From Polaromonas sp. (GTDB taxonomy: Bacteria; Pseudomonadota; Gammaproteobacteria; Burkholderiales; Burkholderiaceae_C), in the NCBI GenBank assembly GCA_031410335.1, contig JANNYZ010000030.1, forward strand, positions 543-64,542: 64,000 bases of DNA, read 5' to 3'. Both the position numbers and the translations under genes were made by a program. The notes under the pieces were generated by a model. That model made no database searches and was not told where the DNA came from. It saw only the letters and a program-made list of their open reading frames with translations. The stretch's first letter is position 1. The number at the start of each line of letters is the position of its first letter. Below are positions 27,797 to 37,630 of the stretch, piece by piece.

Positions 27797-29299
27797 TCAG
27801 CGAATCACCGCAAAGTCAATAAAGCCGCGCTCCACGTTGGTGCCCACCAGCTCAACCTGTACCCGGTCGCCGACCTTGAGGTCGTGCGGGTTTGAGATGA
27901 CTCTGCCCTCTGCAGGCGGTGAGAGTACGCGCACCCATACGCCGTCAGGGCTGCTACCGGTGACGATCGCGGAGAAATGCTGACCGATTCGGGATTCGAG
28001 CAGCATTGCCGCTTCTGATTTGCGCAAATGCCGCTCTACTTTTTGTGCCGCATCTTCCTGTTGTGTGCAATGCAGCGCCAAATGCGCCAATTCGCCCGCG
28101 CTGTAGGGCGGCGGGTTGCCTGCTAGCAGGGCCTTGGTAATGCGCTGGGTGATGAGATCTGGAAACCGACGATTGGGTGCGGTGGCATGGGTGTAGTCAC
28201 GCACGGCCAGACCAAAGTGGCCGATGGGCAGGCCGCCTTTGGCCTGCACCACGTACTCGCCACGGCCCATTAATTTGACGACCACCAGCGACAAATCGGG
28301 AAAGCGCAGCGGGTCTGCGCGGCGGCGCTTTATCAAGAAAGCTTCCAGCGCCATCGCGTCGGGTTGCGGGGGTAGCGTCACGCCATAGTCGTTGGCCAGC
28401 GCCACGATGCGCAACCAGCGTTCGGGCGAACGCACCACGCGCCGAAGTGAGGCTGCGCCTTTTGATGCCAGATAACGCGCTGCACAGCCGTTGGTCGCGA
28501 TCATGATTTCTTCAATCAGCTGGCGAGCCCTGTTTTGCACTTGCTGGGCAATGGACACGACCCGATCACCATCAAACACAGCCCGTGGCTGAAAGGTCTC
28601 AAACTCAAGTGAGCCAGCAGCGTGGCGCTGACTGCGCAGTTGCTGGGCCAACGCATCTTGCGTCCGCAGTTGGCCGTCGAGGCCAGGTACCGCTGCGGCA
28701 GCGTCAGGCAGTGCGGCACTGCCTTCCAGCCAGGCGCTGACCGCGTCGTATGCCAGTTGCGCTTTATTACGCACTCTGGCGCGGTAAATGGTGGCGCTCA
28801 CCAGGGCGGCAGACGGGCTGAATATCATTTCCGTGACGATGGCCTGCCGATCCTGCCCGGGGTTGAGCGACGTCAGGTCGCATGACAAGCGCTCGGGAAG
28901 CATGGGAAATATTCGAGCCGATGTGTAAACGGAGGTCGTATTGGCGTGCGCATGGTCGTCAATGGCGCTGCCTTTTTTGACCAGCGCATCGACATCGGCA
29001 ATGGCTACCAGCAGCTTGATGGCGCCATGCGCCTTGCCTTGCGTCAAGACCTCACAAGTCGTCAGCTGGTCGAGGTCCCGCGAGTCGTCGTTGTCGATGG
29101 AGCACCACAACAAATCGGTCAGGTCGGTGATGGGCTGTGCTTGACCTTCGTCGGCGGTTGCAGCGCCTTTCAGGCCTTCGAATGAATGCAGCTGCTGCGC
29201 GACACGGTTTGAAAATTCGGGTTGCAAACCGCGCTCTGCCATGACGTGTGTCGCAATACGCATCAGATCAAGGCGGCTGTGATGACGGCGGTGAGTCAT
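27797..29299 (-). CDS. Short RNB-domain (RNase II/R family) ribonuclease
   Basis: SIDNDDSRDLDQ, VAIADV, TSVY, HFGLA...YTHATAPNRRFPDL, C-terminal S1-like domain; no N-terminal cold-shock domains. Confidence 0.88.
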   Translation of the reverse strand: MTHRRHHSRLDLMRIATHVMAERGLQPEFSNRVAQQLHSFEGLKGAATADEGQAQPITDLTDLLWCSIDNDDSRDLDQLTTCEVLTQGKAHGAIKLLVAIADVDALVKKGSAIDDHAHANTTSVYTSARIFPMLPERLSCDLTSLNPGQDRQAIVTEMIFSPSAALVSATIYRARVRNKAQLAYDAVSAWLEGSAALPDAAAAVPGLDGQLRTQDALAQQLRSQRHAAGSLEFETFQPRAVFDGDRVVSIAQQVQNRARQLIEEIMIATNGCAARYLASKGAASLRRVVRSPERWLRIVALANDYGVTLPPQPDAMALEAFLIKRRRADPLRFPDLSLVVVKLMGRGEYVVQAKGGLPIGHFGLAVRDYTHATAPNRRFPDLITQRITKALLAGNPPPYSAGELAHLALHCTQQEDAAQKVERHLRKSEAAMLLESRIGQHFSAIVTGSSPDGVWVRVLSPPAEGRVISNPHDLKVGDRVQVELVGTNVERGFIDFAVIR

Positions 29300-29405
29300 A
29301 CGGTGAATATAGCGTGTCCCGTGGCGTGCGCGCGAGTCTGAGCCTAACGCCTACAGGCAGCATCGCCCTTGTTGCACATGCATTCCAGCAAATTGGCTCT
29401 ATTCT

Positions 29406-30719
29406 GTGCGGATGATTGAACCAGACGCCTTTACCCTCGGCTGCATCATTGTTGGCATGCTGCTGATTGCCAAAACGCTTGGCGGCTCTTTCATTGCTAG
29501 GCTGCCACTCAGTGCCGCGATGTTGTACCTGGCGGTCGGCGTGGCGATAGGGCCCTGGGGCTGGGGGCTGCTCAAGCTGGATGCTTTTAAAAACACCGTA
29601 TTACTGGAGCGACTCACCGAGGTGGCGCTGCTGATATCGCTGTTCACAGCTGGCATGAAGCTGGAGCTGCCGCTCAAGGACAGGCGCTGGCGCATCCCGG
29701 TGCAGCTGGCGACGGCCTCGATGCTGCTGACGGTGGCGGCCGTCACGGGTGCAGGCGTCTGGCTTTTGAATCTGCCACTGGGCGCCGCCGTGTTGCTGGG
29801 CGCGATTCTGGCGCCGACTGACCCGGTACTGGCCTCTGATGTGCAGGTGTCCAACCCGGGTGATCGTGATCGGCTGCGCTTTGGTCTGACGGGGGAGGGC
29901 GGGCTTAACGACGGTACGGCTTTTCCACTGGTCATGCTGGGGCTGGGCTTGCTCGGCCTGCATGAACTGGGCGACCTGAAGTGGCGCTGGTGGTCTGTGG
30001 ATGTGCTGTGGGCGGTGGCAGGGGGTCTGGCTTTGGGTTATGCCCTCGGTACGCTGGTGGGGCGCGCCATCATTTACTTGCGGACCCAGCGGCTTGAAGC
30101 GCTGGGCTCGGATGAGTTCATCGCACTTGGCTTGATTGCGTTGACCTACGGGCTGGCACTGCTGACGCTCACTTACGGGTTTTTGGCTGTGTTCGCCGCC
30201 GGGCTGGCGCTCAGGCGCATTGACGAGCCAGATGCCGTTGCAACACCAACGGTCAACACAGAACTCAGTGCTGAAGACCGGCGCGCCACGGGCAGCCATG
30301 CGCCTGCCCATATGATGCGGCAGGTGGAGCGCTTTAACAGCCAGTTGGAGAGCTTCGCGGAAGTCGCCATCGTGCTTGTGGTGGGTGTGCTGCTGGCCAG
30401 TGTCAGGTTTCATACCGCAGTGTGGTGGTTCGTGCCGCTGCTGTTTTTGGTGATACGGCCGGTTGCCGTGGCGATTGGCCTGTTGGGTACCGATGCGCAA
30501 CCCGCCCAGCGCCGCCTGATGGCCTGGTTTGGTATACGCGGCATTGGCTCGTTGTATTACTTGCTCTACGCCATCAGCCACGGTATTGAGGTGCCGCTGG
30601 CCAGGCAGTTGCTGTCCATCACGCTGGCCGTGATCGTGACGTCTGTGATTGCGCACGGTGTTTCGGTCACGCCGTTGATGAAACGATACGAAACGCGCAA
30701 AAGCGCCAGAAAATCATAG
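29406..30719 (+). CDS. CPA1/NhaP-type cation:proton antiporter
   Basis: LAPTDPVLAS, GEGGLNDG, WFGIRGIGSLYY; multiple TM helices. Confidence 0.9.
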   Translation: MRMIEPDAFTLGCIIVGMLLIAKTLGGSFIARLPLSAAMLYLAVGVAIGPWGWGLLKLDAFKNTVLLERLTEVALLISLFTAGMKLELPLKDRRWRIPVQLATASMLLTVAAVTGAGVWLLNLPLGAAVLLGAILAPTDPVLASDVQVSNPGDRDRLRFGLTGEGGLNDGTAFPLVMLGLGLLGLHELGDLKWRWWSVDVLWAVAGGLALGYALGTLVGRAIIYLRTQRLEALGSDEFIALGLIALTYGLALLTLTYGFLAVFAAGLALRRIDEPDAVATPTVNTELSAEDRRATGSHAPAHMMRQVERFNSQLESFAEVAIVLVVGVLLASVRFHTAVWWFVPLLFLVIRPVAVAIGLLGTDAQPAQRRLMAWFGIRGIGSLYYLLYAISHGIEVPLARQLLSITLAVIVTSVIAHGVSVTPLMKRYETRKSARKS

Positions 30720-30749
30720 AGAAAGCGAAAAGCACCGTTTTCAGGTGAC

Positions 30750-30803
30750 GTTTCGTGTTTCAAGCCAATAGATACGTGCACTAGTAGCTCCTGAATAAAT
30801 AGC
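30750..30803 (-). repeat. Dispersed repeat, copy 8 (intergenic, between convergent genes)
   Basis: Reverse complement: GCTAT-TTATTCA-GGAGC-TACTAGTGCACGTATCTATTGGCTTGAAA. Confidence 0.8.
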
Positions 30804-30820
30804 GTCTGAATTTGCTAAAT

Positions 30821-31609
30821 TCAGTGCATTTCAGCCAGCATGCCCATCCCCGGCAACTTGTCATCAATGCCCAGCCTGCGCATGGCCAGCCAGTAGGTCG
30901 CCACGTTCACGCCAATCAGCGGCTTGCCAAACCTCTTTTCAATCTCAGGCGTCATGCTCGACACAGGCAGGTTGGTGCCGACGTGGATCAGTGCCTCGGC
31001 CTCGGGGGTGTTGGTAGCTTCAAAGCCCTGCATGATCTGCTCGCGTGTGAAGCGGGCCACGGCGGTAGGGCCAACCGACTTCAAGCCGTGCGTGGCCACC
31101 ACGTCGTAGCCGCAGGACCTGAAAAAATCAGCAATCATGTTGTCTGCGGGCGGCCAGTAGGGCGTGAGGATGGCAATGCGTTTGGGGTTGCCGATCGCCT
31201 GAAGGCCCGCCAGTACCGCGCGTGACGGCGTGATGAAGGGCACGCCGCACAGGGCTTCAAGCCGCTTTTCTTCATCAATCGCGCGCTGACCGTCACCGCG
31301 AAACGAGTGGATGGAATGGCCGTGCGCCACGACGTGCGGCTCGCACACCATCACCAGTTTGAGGGCGTCTTCCAGATTACCCTCTTCAGTTTCGAGTGCT
31401 TTTTTGTAGGCGTCCTGATCGTCGTAGGGGCGCGGTGGCAGGTGCATGCGGGTGACGTGGTTGGTCACACCCGGCGGGCGCATGGCCTCCATTTCGGGCT
31501 GCACCACGGTATTGGTGGCGGGTACCACCACAGCGACTTTGGCGCGGTAGGCAATCGTGTCGGTGCTGGGAGCGCGTGCTATGGAATGGGTCACATGTGG
31601 GTCAGTCAT
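30821..31609 (-). CDS. Asp/Glu racemase-maleate isomerase-AMDase superfamily protein lacking the usual catalytic Cys
   Basis: Start at ATG 31609; VVVPATNTVVQPE, RIAILTPY, VGTNLP, KPLIGVNVATYW. Confidence 0.8.
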   Translation of the reverse strand: MTDPHVTHSIARAPSTDTIAYRAKVAVVVPATNTVVQPEMEAMRPPGVTNHVTRMHLPPRPYDDQDAYKKALETEEGNLEDALKLVMVCEPHVVAHGHSIHSFRGDGQRAIDEEKRLEALCGVPFITPSRAVLAGLQAIGNPKRIAILTPYWPPADNMIADFFRSCGYDVVATHGLKSVGPTAVARFTREQIMQGFEATNTPEAEALIHVGTNLPVSSMTPEIEKRFGKPLIGVNVATYWLAMRRLGIDDKLPGMGMLAEMH

Positions 31610-31613
31610 TGAC

Positions 31614-32615
31614 TTATTCAATTTTGAGGTTGCTGGCTTTGGCGGCCTCGGCCCAGGTGGCTGAATCCGCACGCAGGGTATCGGCAAACTGCGCGGGTGT
31701 ATCGCCAATCGCATCGACGCCCAATTGCCACAGGCGCGCACGCATTTCGGGCTTGCTGACGGCGGACTGCACGGCTGATGCGACGCGGTTGACGATGGCA
31801 GGCGGTGTGCCAGCCGGCGCGACGATACCGTTCCATGTCAAAGTCTTGAAGCCCGGGTAGCCTGATTCTGCCAATGTAGGGACGTCAGGGATCTGTTTGG
31901 CGCGGTCAAGGCTGGACACAGCGATGATGCGGATCTTGCCGCCCTCTGCATGCGGCGCAAGCTCGGACAGGTTACCGAAATACATCTGCACCTGGCCGCC
32001 CAGCAAATCAGCAACGGCAGGGCCGCCACCCTTGTAGCTGATGTGGGTCATGTTGATGCCGGCACGCTTGAGGAAGAGCACGGGCGACAGGTGCGACACG
32101 CTGCCGGAACCGCCCGAAGCAAAGTTGAGCTTGCCGTCGTTCTTTTTGGCGTAGGCCACAAACTCTCGCACATTTTTGGCGGGGACAGAACTGCTGATGG
32201 CCATCACAAACGGGTTGCTGCCAACATTGCTGACGGGGATGAAATCACGCGCGGGATCGAACTTGGTTTTGGTGATGGACGGCAGTATGGCCAGGACCGG
32301 CATCGCCGCCATGAGCAGCGTGTAGCCGTCAGGCGGTGACTGGGCCACAAAGTCTGCAGCAATGGCCCCGTTGGCACCGGCTTTGTTTTCAACAAGGACA
32401 GGCTGGCCCAACGACTGGGAAATACGCTCGGCCGTCAGGCGCGCAATGCCGTCGGTGTTGCCACCGGCTGCAAACGGCACGATGATCTTGATGGGGCGCT
32501 GCGGCCAGTTGCCTGTTTGGGCTTGGCCCAGTTGGGTGGCGCCCAGTAACCCCAGCGCGATGCAGCTGAGGTGAAGGCGACGCGATAAATGGCGTATTGG
32601 GTTGGGGTTGGTCAT
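31614..32615 (-). CDS. Bug/TctC substrate-binding protein
   Basis: Start at ATG 32615; PFAAGGNTD, VENKAGANG, FASGGSGSVSH, YKGGGPA. Confidence 0.95.
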   Translation of the reverse strand: MTNPNPIRHLSRRLHLSCIALGLLGATQLGQAQTGNWPQRPIKIIVPFAAGGNTDGIARLTAERISQSLGQPVLVENKAGANGAIAADFVAQSPPDGYTLLMAAMPVLAILPSITKTKFDPARDFIPVSNVGSNPFVMAISSSVPAKNVREFVAYAKKNDGKLNFASGGSGSVSHLSPVLFLKRAGINMTHISYKGGGPAVADLLGGQVQMYFGNLSELAPHAEGGKIRIIAVSSLDRAKQIPDVPTLAESGYPGFKTLTWNGIVAPAGTPPAIVNRVASAVQSAVSKPEMRARLWQLGVDAIGDTPAQFADTLRADSATWAEAAKASNLKIE

Positions 32616-32638
32616 GGCGGCCTTTTTGAAGCAAAAAA

Positions 32639-33859
32639 TCACGTTATTGCATTCGCACGTTTGATGCTGTTGATCATGGATGACATCAGCAAATACTCAC
32701 GCGTCTTTTGCGGGCTGGCCGCTGTGTCCCGCAGTTCGGCAAATCGTTTTAACCGGGAAGGCAAATCTTTTTCTTCCAGGTTTTGCTTGTTCTTGATGGA
32801 GGCGTTTTGCACGTATTCCATCGCTACCGTGCGCCGCTGTCTTTCATACAAATTCAGCAAGTCATGGTTTGCAGAACCCTGCACAACACGTGCCAGCTTG
32901 TCACCCAAGTTGATGGCGTCATGAATGCCGCTGTTCAAACCAAAGCCGCCCAGTGGGTTGTTGACGTGCGCCGAGTCCCCCGCCAGCAGCACTCGGCCGG
33001 CGCGGAACTGATTGGCTACCCGCTGATGGACGTTGTAAACGCTTTGATGAACGATGGGATAAACAGTCGTTGCCGGCGCGTTGATGGCGCGGTTGATGGC
33101 GTTTTGTGCAAACGCAGGTGCCAGCACTTCTTCGTCTGTCGTGTCGGGCTGTACCGGCAGCGTCATGCGCCACAGGCCGGGCGGCCCTTTGTCCGGCATG
33201 CGGAAAAATGCCAACCACTGCTCTGGGTCACTGATGTAGGCGTTGTCGGCATAACCTGCGGGCGCAAAGTCGTGCGTCGTGCTGATCACGCTATACCGCT
33301 CTGGCCAGGTGTAGCCATCAAACCCTATGCTGGACGCCTTGCGCACCAGGCTGCGGCCACCGTCTGCACCAATCAGCCAGCTGCCAGTCATCTGTACCTC
33401 GCCTTGCGGCGTTTTGGCCACTGCCGTCACGCCGTCGTCGGCTTGCGTTAGCGACACAAACGCATGCGAGAACAGGACTGTTGCGTGACTGTGCTCAAGA
33501 AGCATCTTGAGCAAAATGGGCGTCAATCGGTGCTGCTCCAAGTGCAGCCTGAAAGGAAATAGCGTGTCATCTTTCAACACCGACAAGTCCCACTCCACAA
33601 TCAGGCCGTACTCGCGGTCACGTGACTGCCAGCGCGGCACCTGAATGCCGATGGCCATCATCGCGTCTGTCACGCCGGATGCTTGCAGCATCTCCAGCGT
33701 AGGCGGGTGAAAGGTTCCGGCGCGAAGGTCAATGGTGGTAGCGGGTTCGGCTTCAATCACCGTGACAGCCACGCCCCGACGTGCCAGCTCAAGTGCGCAC
33801 AGCAAACCCACCGGGCCCGCGCCCACAACGATGACTGGGGATGGTTTTTGTATGTTCAT
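32639..33859 (-). CDS. FAD-dependent monooxygenase (class A, PheA/MhpA-like)
   Basis: Start at ATG 33859; VVGAGPVG, LIGADGGRS, LAGDSAHVNNPLGGFGLNSG. Confidence 0.88.
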   Translation of the reverse strand: MNIQKPSPVIVVGAGPVGLLCALELARRGVAVTVIEAEPATTIDLRAGTFHPPTLEMLQASGVTDAMMAIGIQVPRWQSRDREYGLIVEWDLSVLKDDTLFPFRLHLEQHRLTPILLKMLLEHSHATVLFSHAFVSLTQADDGVTAVAKTPQGEVQMTGSWLIGADGGRSLVRKASSIGFDGYTWPERYSVISTTHDFAPAGYADNAYISDPEQWLAFFRMPDKGPPGLWRMTLPVQPDTTDEEVLAPAFAQNAINRAINAPATTVYPIVHQSVYNVHQRVANQFRAGRVLLAGDSAHVNNPLGGFGLNSGIHDAINLGDKLARVVQGSANHDLLNLYERQRRTVAMEYVQNASIKNKQNLEEKDLPSRLKRFAELRDTAASPQKTREYLLMSSMINSIKRANAIT

Positions 33860-34746
33860 TGCAGCGTCACGCGGGCTTCGATGCCAATGTGCCCCGTGTT
33901 GTTGGTTGACCAGAGCTGCCATACCTTCGCCTCGTCGGTTTTGGAGGCATGCAGGTGAAAACCGCTCAAGTCAAAGGTAGGCCGCATGGCCCGAAAGTCA
34001 AACGACTGGATGAACACGCCAGGTGCGATTTGGTTTTCAATGAAACCCAGCAGCAGTGTGGCAATGAGCGGCCCGTGCACCACCAGGCCCGGATAGCCTT
34101 CAACTTGGCGGCAATAGTCCACGTCATAGTGGATGCGGTGGCCATTGAAGGTGGCTGCCGAGTAGCGGTACAGCATCACGGCATCGGCTTTGACGGGCTG
34201 GCTGTGCTCGCCCTGGCGCTCAAAGCGGTGTTCGCCTGCCTGGATTTGCGCGGCGACTGCTTGCAACGCTTCTTTCTCAAGCTCACTGGGCATGCCCCGG
34301 TAAACAATGTCGTGCTCCTCAAGCAGCAACAAGCCTTGGGAGTCTGCGTAGCGATGCGCAACAGTCACAAACACCATCTCGCCCGTGCGGCCACTCTTTC
34401 GATTCACGCTGATGATCTCAGACGCTTTGTTGACGCTGGACCCAACATGAAGGGCGCGATGCCAGGTCAGCCGGCCGCCTGCCCACATGCGGCGTGGCAA
34501 GTCTACCGGTGGCAAAAAAGTGCCGCGCTGCGGGTGGCCGTCGTCACCGAGCAGGGACTGCACCTCCAGCGGGTTGAAGTACAGCCAGTGCCAGCCTGCA
34601 GGCAAGGGCGCAATGTCTGGCTGCTGCATGCGTGCGGCATCATTCAGCGTTGCCGCCATCTGGCGCACCTGAACCGGGCTGATGGTGTCGGTGACGGTTT
34701 GCTGTCGGCCTACCCAGTCTTCAAGGGCCGGTGTTGTAACTGTCAT
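33856..34746 (-). CDS. Double hot-dog MaoC/FAS1-like acyl-CoA hydratase (Meh/Ich-like)
   Basis: Start at ATG 34746; GWHWLYF, DGHP, RRMWAGG, YSAATFNGHRIHYD, GLVVHGPL. Confidence 0.88.
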   Translation of the reverse strand: MTVTTPALEDWVGRQQTVTDTISPVQVRQMAATLNDAARMQQPDIAPLPAGWHWLYFNPLEVQSLLGDDGHPQRGTFLPPVDLPRRMWAGGRLTWHRALHVGSSVNKASEIISVNRKSGRTGEMVFVTVAHRYADSQGLLLLEEHDIVYRGMPSELEKEALQAVAAQIQAGEHRFERQGEHSQPVKADAVMLYRYSAATFNGHRIHYDVDYCRQVEGYPGLVVHGPLIATLLLGFIENQIAPGVFIQSFDFRAMRPTFDLSGFHLHASKTDEAKVWQLWSTNNTGHIGIEARVTLQ

Positions 34747-34747
34747 G

Positions 34748-35917
34748 TCAATACGACCTCGGCATACCCAGCACGTGTTCGCCGACGTACGACAGGATGA
34801 GGTTGGTTGAAATCGGTGCCACCTGGTAAAGCCGAGTTTCCCGGAACTTGCGTTCAATGTCGTATTCGGCGGCAAAGCCAAATCCGCCGTGCGTTTGCAG
34901 GCACACGTTGGCGGCTTCCCACGACGCATCAGCCGCCAGCAGTTTTGACATGTTGGCCTCTGACCCGCAAGGCAAGCCGGCATCAAACAGCTCGCAGGCC
35001 CGATAGCGCATCAGGCTGGCGGCTTCCACGTTCACAAACGCGCGAGCAATCGGGAATTGCACACCCTGGTTTTTGCCAATCGGCCTGTCAAATACCACGC
35101 GGTCGTTGGCATAGGCGCTGGCTTTCTCGACAAACCAGTAACCATCGCCCACGCATTCGGCAGCGATCAAAATACGCTCAGCGTTCAGACCGTCCAGGAT
35201 GTACTTCAGGCCCTGGCCTTCTTCGCCAATCCGGTTTTCAACCGGGATGCGCAGGTTGTCAATGAAGATTTCGTTGGTCTCATGGTTGACCATGTTGCGG
35301 ATCGGCCGCACAGTGATCGACTTGCCGATTTCTTCACGCAAGTCCACCAGGAAAACCGACAGGCCTTCGGTCTTCTTTTTCACATCAGCCAGCGGCGTGG
35401 TGCGTGCCAGCAGCAGCATGTAGTCTGAATGTTGCAGGCGTGATGTCCAGACTTTTTGACCCTGCACCACGTAATGGTCGCCCTTGAGTGTGGCGGTGGT
35501 TTTGAGTTTGGTGGTGTCGCTGCCCGTGGTGGGCTCGGTCACCGCCATCGACTGCATGCGAATCTCGCCGCTGGCGATGCGCGGCAACAGGTCCTGCTTT
35601 TGCTTGGCAGAACCATGGCGCACCACGCAGCCCATCACATACATCTGGCCGTGGCAGGCACCTGAATTGCCGCCGGCACGGTTGATCTCTTCCATCACCA
35701 CGCTGGCCTCGGTCAGCGACAGGCTGGAGCCGCCGTATTCCTCAGGAATCAATGCAGACAGCCAACCTGCGTCGGTCAGGGCCGTGACAAACTTTTCAGG
35801 AAACGCGCGCGCCTCATCGACCTCTTGCCAATAGCGCGAGTCAAATTGCGTGACCACCGCGCGAACGCCTTCGCGCAGCTCGGTAAATTCGTATTTATGG
35901 TTGTTTTGCTTGATCAT
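34748..35917 (-). CDS. Acyl-CoA dehydrogenase
   Basis: IPEEYGG, AVTEPTTGSD, GQKVWTS, HGGFGFAAEYDIER. Confidence 0.93.
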   Translation of the reverse strand: MIKQNNHKYEFTELREGVRAVVTQFDSRYWQEVDEARAFPEKFVTALTDAGWLSALIPEEYGGSSLSLTEASVVMEEINRAGGNSGACHGQMYVMGCVVRHGSAKQKQDLLPRIASGEIRMQSMAVTEPTTGSDTTKLKTTATLKGDHYVVQGQKVWTSRLQHSDYMLLLARTTPLADVKKKTEGLSVFLVDLREEIGKSITVRPIRNMVNHETNEIFIDNLRIPVENRIGEEGQGLKYILDGLNAERILIAAECVGDGYWFVEKASAYANDRVVFDRPIGKNQGVQFPIARAFVNVEAASLMRYRACELFDAGLPCGSEANMSKLLAADASWEAANVCLQTHGGFGFAAEYDIERKFRETRLYQVAPISTNLILSYVGEHVLGMPRSY

Positions 35918-35937
35918 GAAACGTTTGGAAAATAAAT

Positions 35938-36717
35938 TTATTGGGGTGTGGCGTACATCTGCCCGCCGTCGACGTTGATAACCGTGCCCGACAAATAGCT
36001 GGACAGTGGGGAGCAGCTGAAGGCCGTGAGGTCTGCAATTTCCTGTGGCTCGGTCATGCGGCCAAAGGGCATTTTGGCGGTCAGTTCCATCCAGCGATTT
36101 TCATCGCCCAGCTTTTGCGTGGCCTGCGCGCGCAGCATGCCCTCCATGCGGTCACTGCGGGTGGGTGAGGGGTTGATGCCAAACACGCGCACGCCTTTGC
36201 GCGGGCTGGTCGCTCCTACAGCTTGTGTAAACGCCATCAGCGCTGCATTGGCGGTGGAGCCGCAAATGTATTCAGCACGCGGCACGGCACCGGCCATGCC
36301 AATGATGTTGGCAATCACACCGCTGCCGCGCTGCTCCATCTGCGGCAACACGGCGCGTATCAAGTTGATGTAGCCAAAGAGTTTGAGCTCCCAGGCGGCG
36401 CGCCATTTGGCATCGTCTACCGCAGCCAGTGCACCGCCGGGAATCGCGCCTGCGTTGTTGACCAGAATATCAATGGCGCTCGCACCAGACATTAGCACGT
36501 CAATACCGGCCTGCGTGCCGAGGTCAGCAGCGACTGTCCCCGCTGTCACTCCTGTAGCCTGCCGGATGCTGGCCACCGCTTTGGCCAAAGATTCAGCCGA
36601 GCGCGACACGATGATGGGCACAGCACCTTCACGCGCAAAGGTGGTGGCAATCGCCAGGCCAATGCCCTTGGAGCCGCCCGTGACCAGCACGCGCTGGCCT
36701 TGAAGTTTTAAATCCAT
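35938..36717 (-). CDS. Short-chain dehydrogenase/reductase
   Basis: VTGGSKGIG, LVNNAG, INVDGG; the usual YxxxK is not obvious (EYICGSTAN). Confidence 0.85.
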   Translation of the reverse strand: MDLKLQGQRVLVTGGSKGIGLAIATTFAREGAVPIIVSRSAESLAKAVASIRQATGVTAGTVAADLGTQAGIDVLMSGASAIDILVNNAGAIPGGALAAVDDAKWRAAWELKLFGYINLIRAVLPQMEQRGSGVIANIIGMAGAVPRAEYICGSTANAALMAFTQAVGATSPRKGVRVFGINPSPTRSDRMEGMLRAQATQKLGDENRWMELTAKMPFGRMTEPQEIADLTAFSCSPLSSYLSGTVINVDGGQMYATPQ

Positions 36718-36732
36718 TTTTTAAATCTGTAG

Positions 36733-37611
36733 TTAGTGTGAAGGAGCGGCCACCTGCGCGGTGTACCAGTCGGCAATGTCATGGCCCTGCATGAAGCAAA
36801 CGCCGGGTGTTTTCATCAGCAAGTCGAGCATCTGCTCAAACGAGCCAAAGCGGTGCGGTACACCGATCAGGTGCGGGTGCAGGCCCAGTGTCAGGACTCT
36901 AGGCCGGGTTTTGGCTTCACGCTCGAACAATGCCACCGTGCGTTTGAGGCGTTCCAGCATTTCATCGGACGAATGTTTTTCAACCGCGTAAATGATGGAG
37001 TCGTTGATCTCCAGGTTGTACGGCAAGCTCAGCAGCGGGCCGCGCGTCGTCGTCATCCAGTTGGGTACATCGTCCACCACCCAGTCAAACACATAGTCAA
37101 TGCCTGCGGCTTTCAGATTTTCAGGTGTGTCGTGGCTTTCCCGCAGCCCTGGGCCGAGCCAGCCGCGTGGGCGTGTGCCGGTGAACGCTTCAATCATGTC
37201 AAGGCTGGTTTTGATGACGTCCTGCTCTGCTCCAGCGTGGTTCAGCGCCTTTTGATGCACGCCATGGCCAATGAATTCCCAGCCTGCGCTGTGCATGGCC
37301 TCAGCGGCGCGCGGGTAGGCGTCAATCACGCTGGCGTTGAAGCTTGTCGACGCGGTGAGGCCGCGCGAGGTGATGGCATCAATGATGCGCGGCAGGCCGC
37401 AACGCATGCCGTAATCGACCCAGCTGAAGTTGGGCACATCGGGCACGGTTTCCTTGCCGTGCGGCGGCGTGATGATGGTGCGCGGCATGGGCGCGTCAAA
37501 CGACCAGTGCTCCACGTTCACCACCAGGTGCACCAGAATGTTGCCACTTGCGGTTGCCTTGAGTGGTGGGCCTTCGTTAGAAAAGCGGTACGGGATGCGC
37601 GGGTTGGCCAT
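36733..37611 (-). CDS. Polysaccharide-deacetylase-fold amidohydrolase (PuuE-like)
   Basis: LVVNVEHW, DYGMRCG, WEFIGHG, GWLGPG, DWVVDDVP, LGLHPHLIG. Confidence 0.8.
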   Translation of the reverse strand: MANPRIPYRFSNEGPPLKATASGNILVHLVVNVEHWSFDAPMPRTIITPPHGKETVPDVPNFSWVDYGMRCGLPRIIDAITSRGLTASTSFNASVIDAYPRAAEAMHSAGWEFIGHGVHQKALNHAGAEQDVIKTSLDMIEAFTGTRPRGWLGPGLRESHDTPENLKAAGIDYVFDWVVDDVPNWMTTTRGPLLSLPYNLEINDSIIYAVEKHSSDEMLERLKRTVALFEREAKTRPRVLTLGLHPHLIGVPHRFGSFEQMLDLLMKTPGVCFMQGHDIADWYTAQVAAPSH

Positions 37612-37630
37612 AAATGTTGTGAATGAAAAT

